Assembly: GCA_963782055.1 (NCBI GenBank)
Contig: CAWAIF010000003.1
Span: forward strand, 1,024,001-1,088,000
DNA from: an uncultured delta proteobacterium
GTDB taxonomy: Bacteria > Myxococcota_A > Polyangia > Polyangiales > Polyangiaceae
Direction: 5' to 3'
Length of the DNA: 64,000 bases
Positions 24,199 through 33,449 of the stretch are shown one piece after another. Under the pieces are notes generated by a model. The model did not search any database. It saw only the letters and a list, made by a program, of their open reading frames with translations, and had not been told where the DNA came from. Within the stretch, counting starts at the first letter, position 1. Every line of letters begins with the position of its first letter. Both the position numbers and the translations under genes were made by a program.

Positions 24199-26268
24199 AT
24201 GCGTGTCGCGGCCATACGCGTGGTGGGTGTGCTCTTCACGGCCTTGCTGGCCGCGTGCGGTGGCGGGGCCGGCGCGAGCGGTGGGGCGAAGACGGGCGGG
24301 GCCTCCGGCGCCTCCGGTGACGTCTCCATCGGCGATCTCGCCTCCAGCCAGGGCGGCCTCACGTCGCTGGGCGGCGGCGACAACGCCGCGGTCCCCGATA
24401 CCGGCTACGCCGGCGCGCTCAAGGCGGACATCGTCTTGCCGGGCAGCCCGGTGAAGCTGGACGGCGTGCTCAAGGAGTGGCCGGCGCGCGTCGCGGCGAA
24501 GACCGTCGTGTCCGGCAAGCCCGCGCGCCTGGCCTTCGCGTGCGCCGTCCAGTACGACGCGCACCACGTCTACTTCGCCGGGGACGCCAACGACCCGCAG
24601 TTTTACCGCACGTCCCACTTCGGCGCGGACGAGGACCACGCCTCGCTCATCCTGGCGGTCCCCGGCGCGGGCGGCGCCCTGGTCGCGACCGAGGTCGGCT
24701 TCTTCGCGGGCAAGCCCGGCGAGTACGCCGGCGTCGTGCGCTACCTCTCCGGGCAGATGAAGGGCAAGGAGGTGCCCGGCAGCAAGATCGTCGAGGCGCC
24801 CACCGCGCACGGCTACTCCTTCGAGGCGTCGGTCCCGTGGTCCACCTTCCCCGGCACGCAGACCGTCCGCGTCGGCCTCCACGGCGTGGGCCGGTACTAC
24901 GATGGCACGAGCGCCGTCGTCGCGACGGGCGCGGGGGACGTGCACCACGCCGCGGACATGCCCGCCCTGGAGACCGAGCCGGAGCAGTCCCTCGTGGAGA
25001 GCTTCCTCGTGCCCAAGGGCCTGCTCGCCGCGACGCCCCGCGCCGACGTCTACGCCGACATCACCGGCGACGCGATGAAGGAGCGCATCACCGTCTTCGA
25101 CCGCTTCGTGACGATCGTCGGGCCGGGCTACCGCGGGGGCAAGGAGTTCTTCTTCCGCGATCTCGGCGCGGATCTGGTGCACCTGGACGCCCGCCCCATC
25201 ACCGGGCGCGGCAAGGACAATCTGCTCTTCCGCGTCCGCTTCGATGGGGAGGACCAGCGCGAGTGGGTGGAGGTCTGGAGCTTCCTCTCCGGCGCCGAGC
25301 CCACCACGACCTTCACCCACGAGATCCTGGTCTCCCAGGGAAGCAACCAGGTCGCCAACAGCGTGCACCTCGGCCACAAGACGATCGAGGTCGGCTACGA
25401 GCCGGCGAAGGGCTGGACCGCGGCGACCTACCAGCGCCCCGTGGCGACGGACGTGGAGCCGGTGCTCTTGCCCTGGGGCCCCACCAGGTCGCAGCTCTTC
25501 CGCTTCGACGGATCCAAGTTCCGGAAGGTGAAGGAGGTGGCGCAGAAGGCCACCGGCCCCGCGCCCACCGGGTCGGTCTCGGTCGGCCACCGCCCCACCA
25601 TTCGCCGCGTCGAGCCGCCGACCCCGGTCGTGCATCACGACACCAATCTCTCCAAGGAGCTGCTCGCGCGCTACCGCGCCGACCGCGGCGTCCCGGCGAG
25701 CGTGAAGTCGCGCTTCGACATGTCGGTGCAGCTCACCGGCGACCCGCGTCCGGAGCGCGTGGTGCTCGTCGGGCGCGACGTGGTGGTCTTCGGCCCCGGC
25801 TTCAAGGGCGGCACCGCGTACGCGTACATCACCCTCTCGCAGTTCGCCGACCCGGCGGACATCCAGGACATCCACGCGCGGGATCTCACCGGGGACGGCG
25901 ACGCCGACCTGGTGGTGCGCGGCCTGCGCCACGTGACGGCCGCCGGCAGCGGCAAGATCGACATGGACGTGCTCTTCGTCTACCAGGTCAAGAGCGACTC
26001 CCTCGCGCGCATCTTCGGCATCGAGACGGGCCGCCAGCAGGGGCGCAAGCGCATCCAGGGGATGGTGCAGTTCATCCCCGGGCCGGGCGGCAAGGGCTTC
26101 ACCGTGGACGTGCGGCCGGGGCGCGCCGTCGGGTGGACAGAGAAGACCTACCCGTGGGCGCAGGACCCTCCGGGCGCGGGCCCGCTGGAGCCCCTCCTCC
26201 TGCCGTGGGGGAGCCCGAATCACTTGCAGTATACATACAACGGGAGCGCCTTCGCGCAGAGCCCCTGA
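24199..26268 (+). CDS. Lipoprotein with a DOMON/CBM9-like region and FG-GAP-like motifs
   Basis: Lipobox LLAAC; KLDGVLKEW and GYSFEASVPW resemble CBM9/DOMON; DITGD and DLTGDGDADL are Ca-binding-like motifs. Confidence 0.7.
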   Translation: MRVAAIRVVGVLFTALLAACGGGAGASGGAKTGGASGASGDVSIGDLASSQGGLTSLGGGDNAAVPDTGYAGALKADIVLPGSPVKLDGVLKEWPARVAAKTVVSGKPARLAFACAVQYDAHHVYFAGDANDPQFYRTSHFGADEDHASLILAVPGAGGALVATEVGFFAGKPGEYAGVVRYLSGQMKGKEVPGSKIVEAPTAHGYSFEASVPWSTFPGTQTVRVGLHGVGRYYDGTSAVVATGAGDVHHAADMPALETEPEQSLVESFLVPKGLLAATPRADVYADITGDAMKERITVFDRFVTIVGPGYRGGKEFFFRDLGADLVHLDARPITGRGKDNLLFRVRFDGEDQREWVEVWSFLSGAEPTTTFTHEILVSQGSNQVANSVHLGHKTIEVGYEPAKGWTAATYQRPVATDVEPVLLPWGPTRSQLFRFDGSKFRKVKEVAQKATGPAPTGSVSVGHRPTIRRVEPPTPVVHHDTNLSKELLARYRADRGVPASVKSRFDMSVQLTGDPRPERVVLVGRDVVVFGPGFKGGTAYAYITLSQFADPADIQDIHARDLTGDGDADLVVRGLRHVTAAGSGKIDMDVLFVYQVKSDSLARIFGIETGRQQGRKRIQGMVQFIPGPGGKGFTVDVRPGRAVGWTEKTYPWAQDPPGAGPLEPLLLPWGSPNHLQYTYNGSAFAQSP

Positions 26269-26297
26269 GCGCGGGGTAGGTACGCGCCCGCGCCTCG

Positions 26298-27872
26298 CTA
26301 CCTCCTGTTCAGGAACGGATCCGGCCCGAGCCCATCGCCGATGCCGCCCGCGTGACCGCCGCCCTGCTTGACGTGGCTCCCGCCGCTCTTGTGGACGCTG
26401 GGGACGGGGACCAGCTTGACGAAGCGCGACGCGTCGGTGGACGCGACGGTGACCGTCTGCGAGACGTACCCCCCGCGCGCCACCAGCAGCGTGGCGGACT
26501 CGCCGTCGGCGAGCGAGAGCACGACCGGGTTGTGGAGCACCTCGCCGTCGCGGGTGACCTTCGCGTCGGGGGGCTGCACGGCCACCGCGATGGCGTGCGT
26601 CGGCGCGGCGACGGGGGCGGTGGCGCTCGGCGGCGGCGCAGGCGCGCTCGACGCCACCGGCGTCGTGGTGACGGCGGCCGACGCCTTGTCCGCCGGATCC
26701 CGCCGGGCGTCTGCCTCCGAGGCGCTGGAGCGCGCGAAGATGGCGACGACGATCCCAATCGCCGTCAGCACGCCCGCCGCGCCGGCGACGAGCGGCCACC
26801 GGGTGCGCCGCGAGCGTCGCTGCGGCGAGCCCGGCACCGCCGGCGGCATGATGCTGGAGCGGAAGTAGTCCGCCGGGACGTTGAAGCCGCCGGAGCGCGC
26901 CATCATCTCGGCGACGGCCTCGGGCATGGTGCCCTTTTCCAGCCTCTCCAGGTCCTCCACCAGCGCGTCCATCGACTCGTAGCGCTGGTCCACCTTCTTG
27001 GAGAGGCACTTGAGGACGACGGCGTCCAGCCCGGAGGGGATCTCCTGCGGCGCGGGCACCAGCGCGCGCATGGGGACCGGCGCCTTGTACATGTGCATCG
27101 TCAGGATGCCCATGAAGTTCTCGGCGTCGAAGGGGACCTTCCCTGCCGCCATCTCGTAGAGCATCACGCCGAGCGAGTAGATGTCGGTCTTGTGGTTGAC
27201 CGCGGCGCCGGCGGCCTGCTCCGGCGACATGTAGTGCGGCGTCCCGAAGACGCTACCCGCCTTGGTGAGCTTGGCGGTCTCCCCGCTCACCTTCGCGATG
27301 CCGAAGTCCAGGATCTTGACGAAGTCCTTCTCCTGCCCGCGGGCGATGAGCATCACGTTGTCCGGCTTGAGATCCCGGTGGACGATGCCCGCGGCGTGCG
27401 CGGCGGAGAGCCCCTGGGCGATCTGCTTGGCGATGTGCAGGATCCGGGACACCGGGAGCGGGCGCGCCTCCTCCATCACGGTGGAGAGCGGCTTGCCGTC
27501 CAGGTACTCCATGATGAAGTACGTCGCGCCGTCGGGGAGCACGCCGAAGTCGGAGATGTCGATGATGTGCGGGTTGCCGATGGCGGACGCGGCGCGCGCC
27601 TCCTGGAGGAAGCGGTCGGTCACCTCCTTGTCGCGCGCCATCTCCCCGCGCAGCACCTTGATGGCCACCCTCTTGTCGATCAGCTTGTGCTTGCCCCGGT
27701 AGACGATGCCCATGCCGCCCTGGCCGAGCACGCCGTCCACCTGGTAGCGGCCGTCGATCACCTTGCCGACGTACGGGTCGACCTGGGCCGGAGGGTCGGT
27801 CACCTCGAGCAGGTCCACCTCCGAAGGAGAGCGCGTCGGAACATCCGCGCCGAACTGTTTGGTGTCGCCCAT
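26298..27872 (-). CDS. Membrane-anchored Ser/Thr protein kinase with a PEGA-like C-terminus
   Basis: GQGGMGIVY, VAIK, HRDLKPDN, DFGIAK, GTPHYMSPEQ, TM segment, PEGA-like QPPDAKVTRDG. Confidence 0.93.
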   Translation of the reverse strand: MGDTKQFGADVPTRSPSEVDLLEVTDPPAQVDPYVGKVIDGRYQVDGVLGQGGMGIVYRGKHKLIDKRVAIKVLRGEMARDKEVTDRFLQEARAASAIGNPHIIDISDFGVLPDGATYFIMEYLDGKPLSTVMEEARPLPVSRILHIAKQIAQGLSAAHAAGIVHRDLKPDNVMLIARGQEKDFVKILDFGIAKVSGETAKLTKAGSVFGTPHYMSPEQAAGAAVNHKTDIYSLGVMLYEMAAGKVPFDAENFMGILTMHMYKAPVPMRALVPAPQEIPSGLDAVVLKCLSKKVDQRYESMDALVEDLERLEKGTMPEAVAEMMARSGGFNVPADYFRSSIMPPAVPGSPQRRSRRTRWPLVAGAAGVLTAIGIVVAIFARSSASEADARRDPADKASAAVTTTPVASSAPAPPPSATAPVAAPTHAIAVAVQPPDAKVTRDGEVLHNPVVLSLADGESATLLVARGGYVSQTVTVASTDASRFVKLVPVPSVHKSGGSHVKQGGGHAGGIGDGLGPDPFLNRR

Positions 27873-27999
27873 GAGGCCGACACCACTATACCCCGAACCC
27901 CGGCCGTCGCCACGTGACGGGCCTCGCCGCCGCTCCCCGCGGGGCTCCCCCTCTCCCGCCCCTTTCCCCGGGCCCTCTCCGTGCTAAGTGTGCCGGGCC

Positions 28000-29655
28000 A
28001 TGGGTTTCTCGCTCTCGCTCGCGCTCCGGTACCTCGGGTCGAAGAAGCGCGAGTTCATCTCGGTGGGGACGGCCTTCGCGATGATCGGCGTCACCCTCGG
28101 CGTCGCGGCCCTGGCGATCGTGATGAGCGTCACCGGCGGCTTCCAGCAGCAGTTCCGGGAGAAGGTGCTGGGCGTCAACGCCGACGTGCTCGTCCTCAAG
28201 TACTCCATCGACTTCCGCGAGTACCGCGAGATCATGGCCAAGCTCAACGGCATGAGCGTGACCAAGCCGGAGTTCTTCTTCTGCCCGTGGAGCTTCTGCC
28301 CGCAGCGCACGGTGCACGTCACCGGCGTGGCGCCCTTCGTCATCAACCCGATGATGCTCACCCACGGGGACCGCACCGCCACCGGCGTGCTCCTCAAGGG
28401 CGTCGACCCCGAGCTGATGCCCAAGGTGCTCGACCTGCCGAAGCACATCCTCCCCGGCGGCAGCCTCGCCGGCCTCCGCCGCCCCGGCGCCAAGCCCCCG
28501 CCCCCCAAGCGGGAGGGCAACTACCTGGAGAACCAGGGCGTGGCCACCCCGCCGCCGCCGCACATCGACCTGCCCAGCCACAAGGACCAGACCCTGCAGG
28601 GCATCCACGACCCGCTCGACGGCGGGCGTGAGGCGCTCTTCCAGGCCATCGCCGGCGACCTCGACTCCGACGCCGGCGCCCCCGCGCCCCCGCCGGACGA
28701 GCTCGAGGAGCTCGGCATGCTGGGCGGGGACCTGGACGCGGGCGTCGCCGGCGACCTCACCCCCGACGGCGGTTACGCCAGCTCGATGCCCGACGACATC
28801 GTCCTGCCCGACACCGTCGACCCCGACCCGTGCAAGAGCCCGGAGCAGATCGCCAAGCTCCCCGGCGTCGTCGTCGGCAAGACGCTGGCGAAGCAGCTCA
28901 ACGTCGGCATCGGCGACTGCGTCCAGATCACCTCCCCGAGCATCGGCATGACGCTCGGCGCCTCCTCGCGCGCGCCGGTGGCCAAGCAGTTCCGCGTCAT
29001 CGCCGAGTTCGATGCCGGCTTCGACCAGTACGACTCCAAGCTCGTCTACACCGACCTCTACGAGGCGCAGGCCTTCTACGATCAGGGCGACAGCGTCACC
29101 GGCGTCGAGATGAAGGTCGACGACATCGAGCACGCCCACGACGTCGCGCAGAAGATCGACGCCGACCTCAACAACAGCGTCTACCACACGATGGACTGGA
29201 TGGAGCTCAACCACGGCCTCTTCACCGCGCTGCTCATCCAGCAGATCGGCATGAGCGTCGTGCTCGCGCTCATCATCGTGGTCGCCGCCTTCACCGTCAT
29301 CGCCACGCTCATCATGGTCGTGCTCGACAAGAAGCGGGAGATCGCCCTGCTCAAGGCCCTCGGCGCGAAGGACTCGGCGATATTACGCGCCTTCCTCTAC
29401 CAGGGCGGGATCATAGGCTTCGTCGGCACCTCGCTCGGCCTGCTGCTCGGCTGGGTCTGCTGCAAGGGGGTGCTGGCCTACGGGTTCCCGCTCGACCCCA
29501 AGGTGTATTTCATCTCGCACCTGCCGGTGGTGATCCGCCCGACGGAGTTCATCATCACCGGGACCTTCTCCATCCTCATCTGCCTGCTCGGCACGGTCTT
29601 CCCGGCGCTCTACGCGGCGAACCTGCGCCCGGCGGACGGCCTGCGGGCGGAGTGA
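28000..29655 (+). CDS. Lipoprotein-releasing ABC transporter permease, LolC/E family, with a periplasmic insertion
   Basis: LALRYLGSKK...GVTLGVAALAIVMSVTGGF; KKREIALLKALGA; VYFISHLPV; FPALYAANLRPADGLR. Confidence 0.88.
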   Translation: MGFSLSLALRYLGSKKREFISVGTAFAMIGVTLGVAALAIVMSVTGGFQQQFREKVLGVNADVLVLKYSIDFREYREIMAKLNGMSVTKPEFFFCPWSFCPQRTVHVTGVAPFVINPMMLTHGDRTATGVLLKGVDPELMPKVLDLPKHILPGGSLAGLRRPGAKPPPPKREGNYLENQGVATPPPPHIDLPSHKDQTLQGIHDPLDGGREALFQAIAGDLDSDAGAPAPPPDELEELGMLGGDLDAGVAGDLTPDGGYASSMPDDIVLPDTVDPDPCKSPEQIAKLPGVVVGKTLAKQLNVGIGDCVQITSPSIGMTLGASSRAPVAKQFRVIAEFDAGFDQYDSKLVYTDLYEAQAFYDQGDSVTGVEMKVDDIEHAHDVAQKIDADLNNSVYHTMDWMELNHGLFTALLIQQIGMSVVLALIIVVAAFTVIATLIMVVLDKKREIALLKALGAKDSAILRAFLYQGGIIGFVGTSLGLLLGWVCCKGVLAYGFPLDPKVYFISHLPVVIRPTEFIITGTFSILICLLGTVFPALYAANLRPADGLRAE

Positions 29656-29954
29656 GGTCCGGCGGAAACAGCCCGAAGGGCAGCGTGACGCTCGCCGTCG
29701 CGTGTCACCCGAAAATTGGCGCCTCACGCGACACGCCCGCGGCCCCGCTTTTTTTCGTAACGGAGGCGCGCTCTACCCGCACCGGGCGTCGAGGCACGAC
29801 ACGCGTGTGGAGCGCCACGTTGACCCGCAGTCGGCGCGGCTGATAAGACCATCCAGCCCATGAGGATCTGCTTGTTCGCGACGTGTCGCGACCCGGAAAC
29901 GCGCCGCGGGGAATCGGGGGGCAGAACCACGACGGCGACGGAGAGGACCTGACG

Positions 29955-31670
29955 ATGCGCTGGGTCGTCGAGGTCGCCGCGCTGGACAAGTCCGCGTCGC
30001 ACACATACTGCGTCGAGGCCGAGTCCTGGCAGGGCGCGCTGCAGTCCGCACGGCGGCTGCGCGGTGACGCCAGCCGCATGTCCGGCTTCTCCATCGACAT
30101 CACGAACGATGGCTGCCGCGCCGTCGATCCGGCGAAGCAGCTCCGCTACGAGGTGAAGCGCACCGGCGACGAGACGCCGCTCACGCCGGGCGGCGAGGCG
30201 CCGCCGCCGTCGTCGAAGAAGAAGAGCGGCCCGACCTCCGGCAAGATCCCCGACTCCGCGCCCACGCAGCCGCGCCTGCCCGACACCACCATGCCGCTCG
30301 CGGCGCTGCCCTCCGACGTCGAGCTCCCGCCGGACTCCGGCCCCACCTCCGCACCCGCGAAGCCCGCGGCGCCGGCGAAGGCCGCGGCGGCGCCCGCGCC
30401 GGCGGCGAAGCCCGCACCGGCGGCGAAGCCCGCACCGGCGCCCGCGGCGAAGCCTGCGGCGCCCGCGCCGGCACCGAAGCCTGCAGCCCCCGCGCCGGCG
30501 GCGAAGCCTGCGGCCCCCGCCCCCGCGGCGATGCCCGCCGCTCAGGCCGCGCCCACCGGGCCGCCCGTGCCGCCCATCGTGATCCAGCGCGAGCAGGACG
30601 CGACGGCCGACGTCCCCCTCACGTACCGTGAGTACGCGTTTGCCCTGCCGCAAGGCACGACGGAAGAGGTCGCGGCGAAGGTGCTCCTGCAGCAGCAGGC
30701 GCGCATCGCGCAGCTGCTCACCGCCGCGCCGGCCGGCAAGCTGGTGAACCTGGCGGCGTTCGACGTGACCTTCCAGGGCCGTCCCCCGGTCCTGCCCCTC
30801 GCCACCCTCACGTGGAAAGACTGGCGCGGCGATCCCACCCTCGCCTTCCCCCGCCGCAACCGCCCCCAGCCCGCCCCCGCGCCCGCAGCCGCGCCCGCGC
30901 CCGCAGCCGCGCCCGCGCCCGCGCCCGCAGCCGCGCCCGCCCCCGCCCCCGCGCCCGCCCCCGCCCCCGCGCCCGCCCCCGCCCCCGCGCCCGCAGCCGC
31001 GCCCGCGCCCGCGCCCGCCCCCGCCCCCGCCCCCGCCCCCGTCGCGCCCACCCCCGCGGCAGCTCCCCCCACCTCCCAGGCTCACCCCAGGCCCCCCGTC
31101 CCGCAGAAGCCGCCCGTCCCCGCGAGCAAGGCCAAGCGCGTCCGCGGAGACGAGCTCATCGCCGTCCTCTTCGAGGCGATGCACGATCTCCACTTCCTGC
31201 GCGACGCGATCGAGGGCGGCGAGTTCTGCCTCGCCCTCGCGATGGACAAGCTCCCCTCCCGCCTGGGCGTCGTCTACCTCTACGACATCGACCATCGCGA
31301 GTTCGTCGTCGTGGGCGCCGCCGGCGCCGTGCCCGCCGGGCTCGCGCAGGCACGCTACCCCGAGAGCGAGGCGGTCCTTGCCCGCGCGATGAAGAAGCGG
31401 CGCGCCATCCTGCTCTCCGCCGCCGACAAGACGCTCGCCGCGCACGCCGGCGCCATGGGCGGCGGCAAGAGCGTGGTCCTCGCGCCGGTCATGCTGTCCG
31501 GTCGCTTCCTCGGCGCCATCGAGCTCTTCGATCCCGCCGACGGCGTCCCCTTCTCCGATCTGGACGCCAACGCCATGTCGTACATGGCCGAGCAGTTCGC
31601 GGAGTTCGTCGCGGCGCGCGGCGTCCTGCTTCGCCGCGACTCGCACCCCCCCGCCGCCTCCACCTCCTGA
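29955..31670 (+). CDS. GAF-domain protein with two Pro/Ala-rich linkers
   Basis: GAGGA before ATG 29955; C-terminal GAF-like region (KSVVLAPVMLSGRFLGAIEL...FSDLDANAMSYMA). Confidence 0.78.
   Translation: MRWVVEVAALDKSASHTYCVEAESWQGALQSARRLRGDASRMSGFSIDITNDGCRAVDPAKQLRYEVKRTGDETPLTPGGEAPPPSSKKKSGPTSGKIPDSAPTQPRLPDTTMPLAALPSDVELPPDSGPTSAPAKPAAPAKAAAAPAPAAKPAPAAKPAPAPAAKPAAPAPAPKPAAPAPAAKPAAPAPAAMPAAQAAPTGPPVPPIVIQREQDATADVPLTYREYAFALPQGTTEEVAAKVLLQQQARIAQLLTAAPAGKLVNLAAFDVTFQGRPPVLPLATLTWKDWRGDPTLAFPRRNRPQPAPAPAAAPAPAAAPAPAPAAAPAPAPAPAPAPAPAPAPAPAAAPAPAPAPAPAPAPVAPTPAAAPPTSQAHPRPPVPQKPPVPASKAKRVRGDELIAVLFEAMHDLHFLRDAIEGGEFCLALAMDKLPSRLGVVYLYDIDHREFVVVGAAGAVPAGLAQARYPESEAVLARAMKKRRAILLSAADKTLAAHAGAMGGGKSVVLAPVMLSGRFLGAIELFDPADGVPFSDLDANAMSYMAEQFAEFVAARGVLLRRDSHPPAASTS
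30350..30540 (+). repeat. Intragenic imperfect tandem repeat encoding PAAKPAAPAP units
   Basis: Repeated GCGAAGCC(C/T)GC...GCCGGCG units. Confidence 0.8.
30867..31045 (+). repeat. Intragenic hexanucleotide repeat (GCCCCC/GCGCCC) encoding an (AP)n tract
   Basis: Directly visible; encodes about 55 residues of PAPAPAAAPA. Confidence 0.9.
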
Positions 31671-31737
31671 GGCCGCGCCGGTCCCGAGCCAGTGACCCGG
31701 GAGCGCCCAGCCCGGGCCGAGGTGTTACGCTCCGCCC

Positions 31738-33339
31738 GTGGACTCCAGCCGTCGGGAGCGGATTCTGTCGTTCGTGCTGCTCCCGGCCGTGCTCGTCGCC
31801 GTCGGGGTCCTGGCGTTCTTCACCTTCCGCACCACCCTGCAGCTGGAGAAGCTCCGCCAGCAGTCGGTGCTCGAGTCCACGCTCGGCCTCGCGACCGAGA
31901 AGGCCGACCGCCTGGACAAGCGCATCATCACCGAGGACAACGTCGTCATCGCGGTGACCGATCCGGCCAATCTCTCCGGCCTGGCCGAGCGCTGGCTGCC
32001 GACGGCGCAGCGCGAGACGCCCACCGTGCGCGCCATCCTGGTGCTCGACGAGTCGCACGACGTCCTCGCGTTCGCCTCCCGCGCGAGCAGCGCGTGGTCG
32101 GACGAGGAGCAGTTCCGGCGCCTGCTCGTGCACCGCATGCTCTCCGACATGGACCTCTCGGCGCAGCCGCTCGACGAGCTGCGGCACCTGCACCACGAGT
32201 ACGGCGGGCAGGGCTATCTCGTCAGCTACTGGCAGAAGATGAGCCACGGCCGCCGCTACATCATCGTCGCGTGGCACGACATCGGCCGCATCGTGAAGGA
32301 CACGCTCCCCTCGGTCTACACCGAGACCGCGCTCGGCGGCGCGCCGCAGAGCCGCGTCAACGTCGTGGACGAGGAGGGCCGCATCATCTTCGGCCCGGTC
32401 CTGCGCTCCGGGCAGTTCACCGTCGGCGTGCGCTTCCCGACGACCCTGTACAACTGGCGCCTGCAGGTGTCCCCCACCGCGAGCGAGGAGCTCGCGACGC
32501 GCGTGCAGAACCGCAAGACGCTGGAGCTCGTGCTCATCACGCTCTCGTGCGTGGTCATCGTGGCGGGTGTCGCCACCATCCTGCTCGCGGTGGAGAAGGA
32601 GCGGCGCATCAACGCCCTCAAGAGCGAGTTCGTCGCCAACGTGAGCCACGAGCTCAAGACGCCGCTCGCGCTGGTGCGCATGTTCGGGGAGATGCTCCAG
32701 TCTGGCCGCGTGCCGAGCGACCAGAAGCGCCAGGAGTACCTGGACATCATCGTCCACGAGAGCGAGCGCCTCTCCAGCCTCATCGAGAACGTGCTGGACT
32801 TCGCCAAGGTGGAGCGCGGGCGCGAGTCCTACGACTTCGCCGAGGGGGACGTGGGCGACGTCGTCGCCCGCGCCGCGCAGGTGCTCCGCTACCGCGCGGA
32901 GCGCGAGCAGGTGCAGCTGGAGGTCGACATCGAGCCGAACCTACCGGTCTGCCGCATCGACGAGCGCGCCCTGCAGCTCGCCGTCATCAACCTCATCGAC
33001 AACGCCCTGAAGTACGCCCCGGGCAGCGGCGTCGTCCAGGTCTCCGCCCGCAAGGAGCGCAGCGGCATCGCCATCCGGGTGACCGACCGCGGCCCGGGCA
33101 TCGCCCGCGACGAGCAGGCCCGGATCTTCGAGCGATTCGTGCGCGGGTCCACCTCCCGCGACGGCGTCGGCGCCCCGGTTCGGGGCAGCGGCATCGGCCT
33201 TGCTTTGGTCAAGCACATCGTCGAGAGCCACGGGGGCACCGTCGGCGTGGAGAGCGAGCTGGGCAAGGGCAGCACCTTCTTCCTGACCGTCCCGGCGATG
33301 GGCGAGCCCGAACCGGCGGTCCAGCCCGCGCCCTCCTGA
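31738..33339 (+). CDS. Membrane sensor histidine kinase
   Basis: Two TM segments; H-box FVANVSHELKTPL, N-box NLIDNALKY, DRGPGI, GSGIGLALV, GKGSTF. Confidence 0.93.
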   Translation: MDSSRRERILSFVLLPAVLVAVGVLAFFTFRTTLQLEKLRQQSVLESTLGLATEKADRLDKRIITEDNVVIAVTDPANLSGLAERWLPTAQRETPTVRAILVLDESHDVLAFASRASSAWSDEEQFRRLLVHRMLSDMDLSAQPLDELRHLHHEYGGQGYLVSYWQKMSHGRRYIIVAWHDIGRIVKDTLPSVYTETALGGAPQSRVNVVDEEGRIIFGPVLRSGQFTVGVRFPTTLYNWRLQVSPTASEELATRVQNRKTLELVLITLSCVVIVAGVATILLAVEKERRINALKSEFVANVSHELKTPLALVRMFGEMLQSGRVPSDQKRQEYLDIIVHESERLSSLIENVLDFAKVERGRESYDFAEGDVGDVVARAAQVLRYRAEREQVQLEVDIEPNLPVCRIDERALQLAVINLIDNALKYAPGSGVVQVSARKERSGIAIRVTDRGPGIARDEQARIFERFVRGSTSRDGVGAPVRGSGIGLALVKHIVESHGGTVGVESELGKGSTFFLTVPAMGEPEPAVQPAPS

Positions 33340-33359
33340 GGCCGCCCGCCCTTCCCCCA

Positions 33360-33387
33360 TTGACCTCCTCGCGCCCACGGATATCGT
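33360..33387 (+). promoter_or_regulatory. Putative sigma70 promoter of the RRM gene
   Basis: TTGACC-16 nt-TATCGT. Confidence 0.5.
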
Positions 33388-33395
33388 CTAGAGGT

Positions 33396-33436
33396 CCGGG
33401 CCACGCGGAGAGGCGCCACGGTCCGGGTTTTTTTTT
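33396..33436 (+). terminator. Intrinsic terminator or attenuator hairpin
   Basis: CCGGGCC...GGTCCGG stem followed by T9. Confidence 0.55.
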
Positions 33437-33449
33437 AGGATCAAATTGC

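Noticed and set aside
20502..24383. Very long antisense ORFs (1293 aa here; also 50990-54808, 57330-59588, 5627-8233, 62352-63938 and others)
   Set aside because: Shadow frames of real high-GC genes. They have no recognisable motifs and mirror the codon bias of the sense gene.
30350..31045. Tandem repeats as a possible CRISPR array or non-coding VNTR
   Set aside because: No unique spacers and no cas genes; the repeats are in-frame codons for Pro/Ala linkers.
31692..33449. N-terminal extension of the RRM ORF (876 aa); similar extensions on mutS (1909) and the IgGFc protein (4817)
   Set aside because: These overlap genuine upstream genes in another frame and have junk composition.
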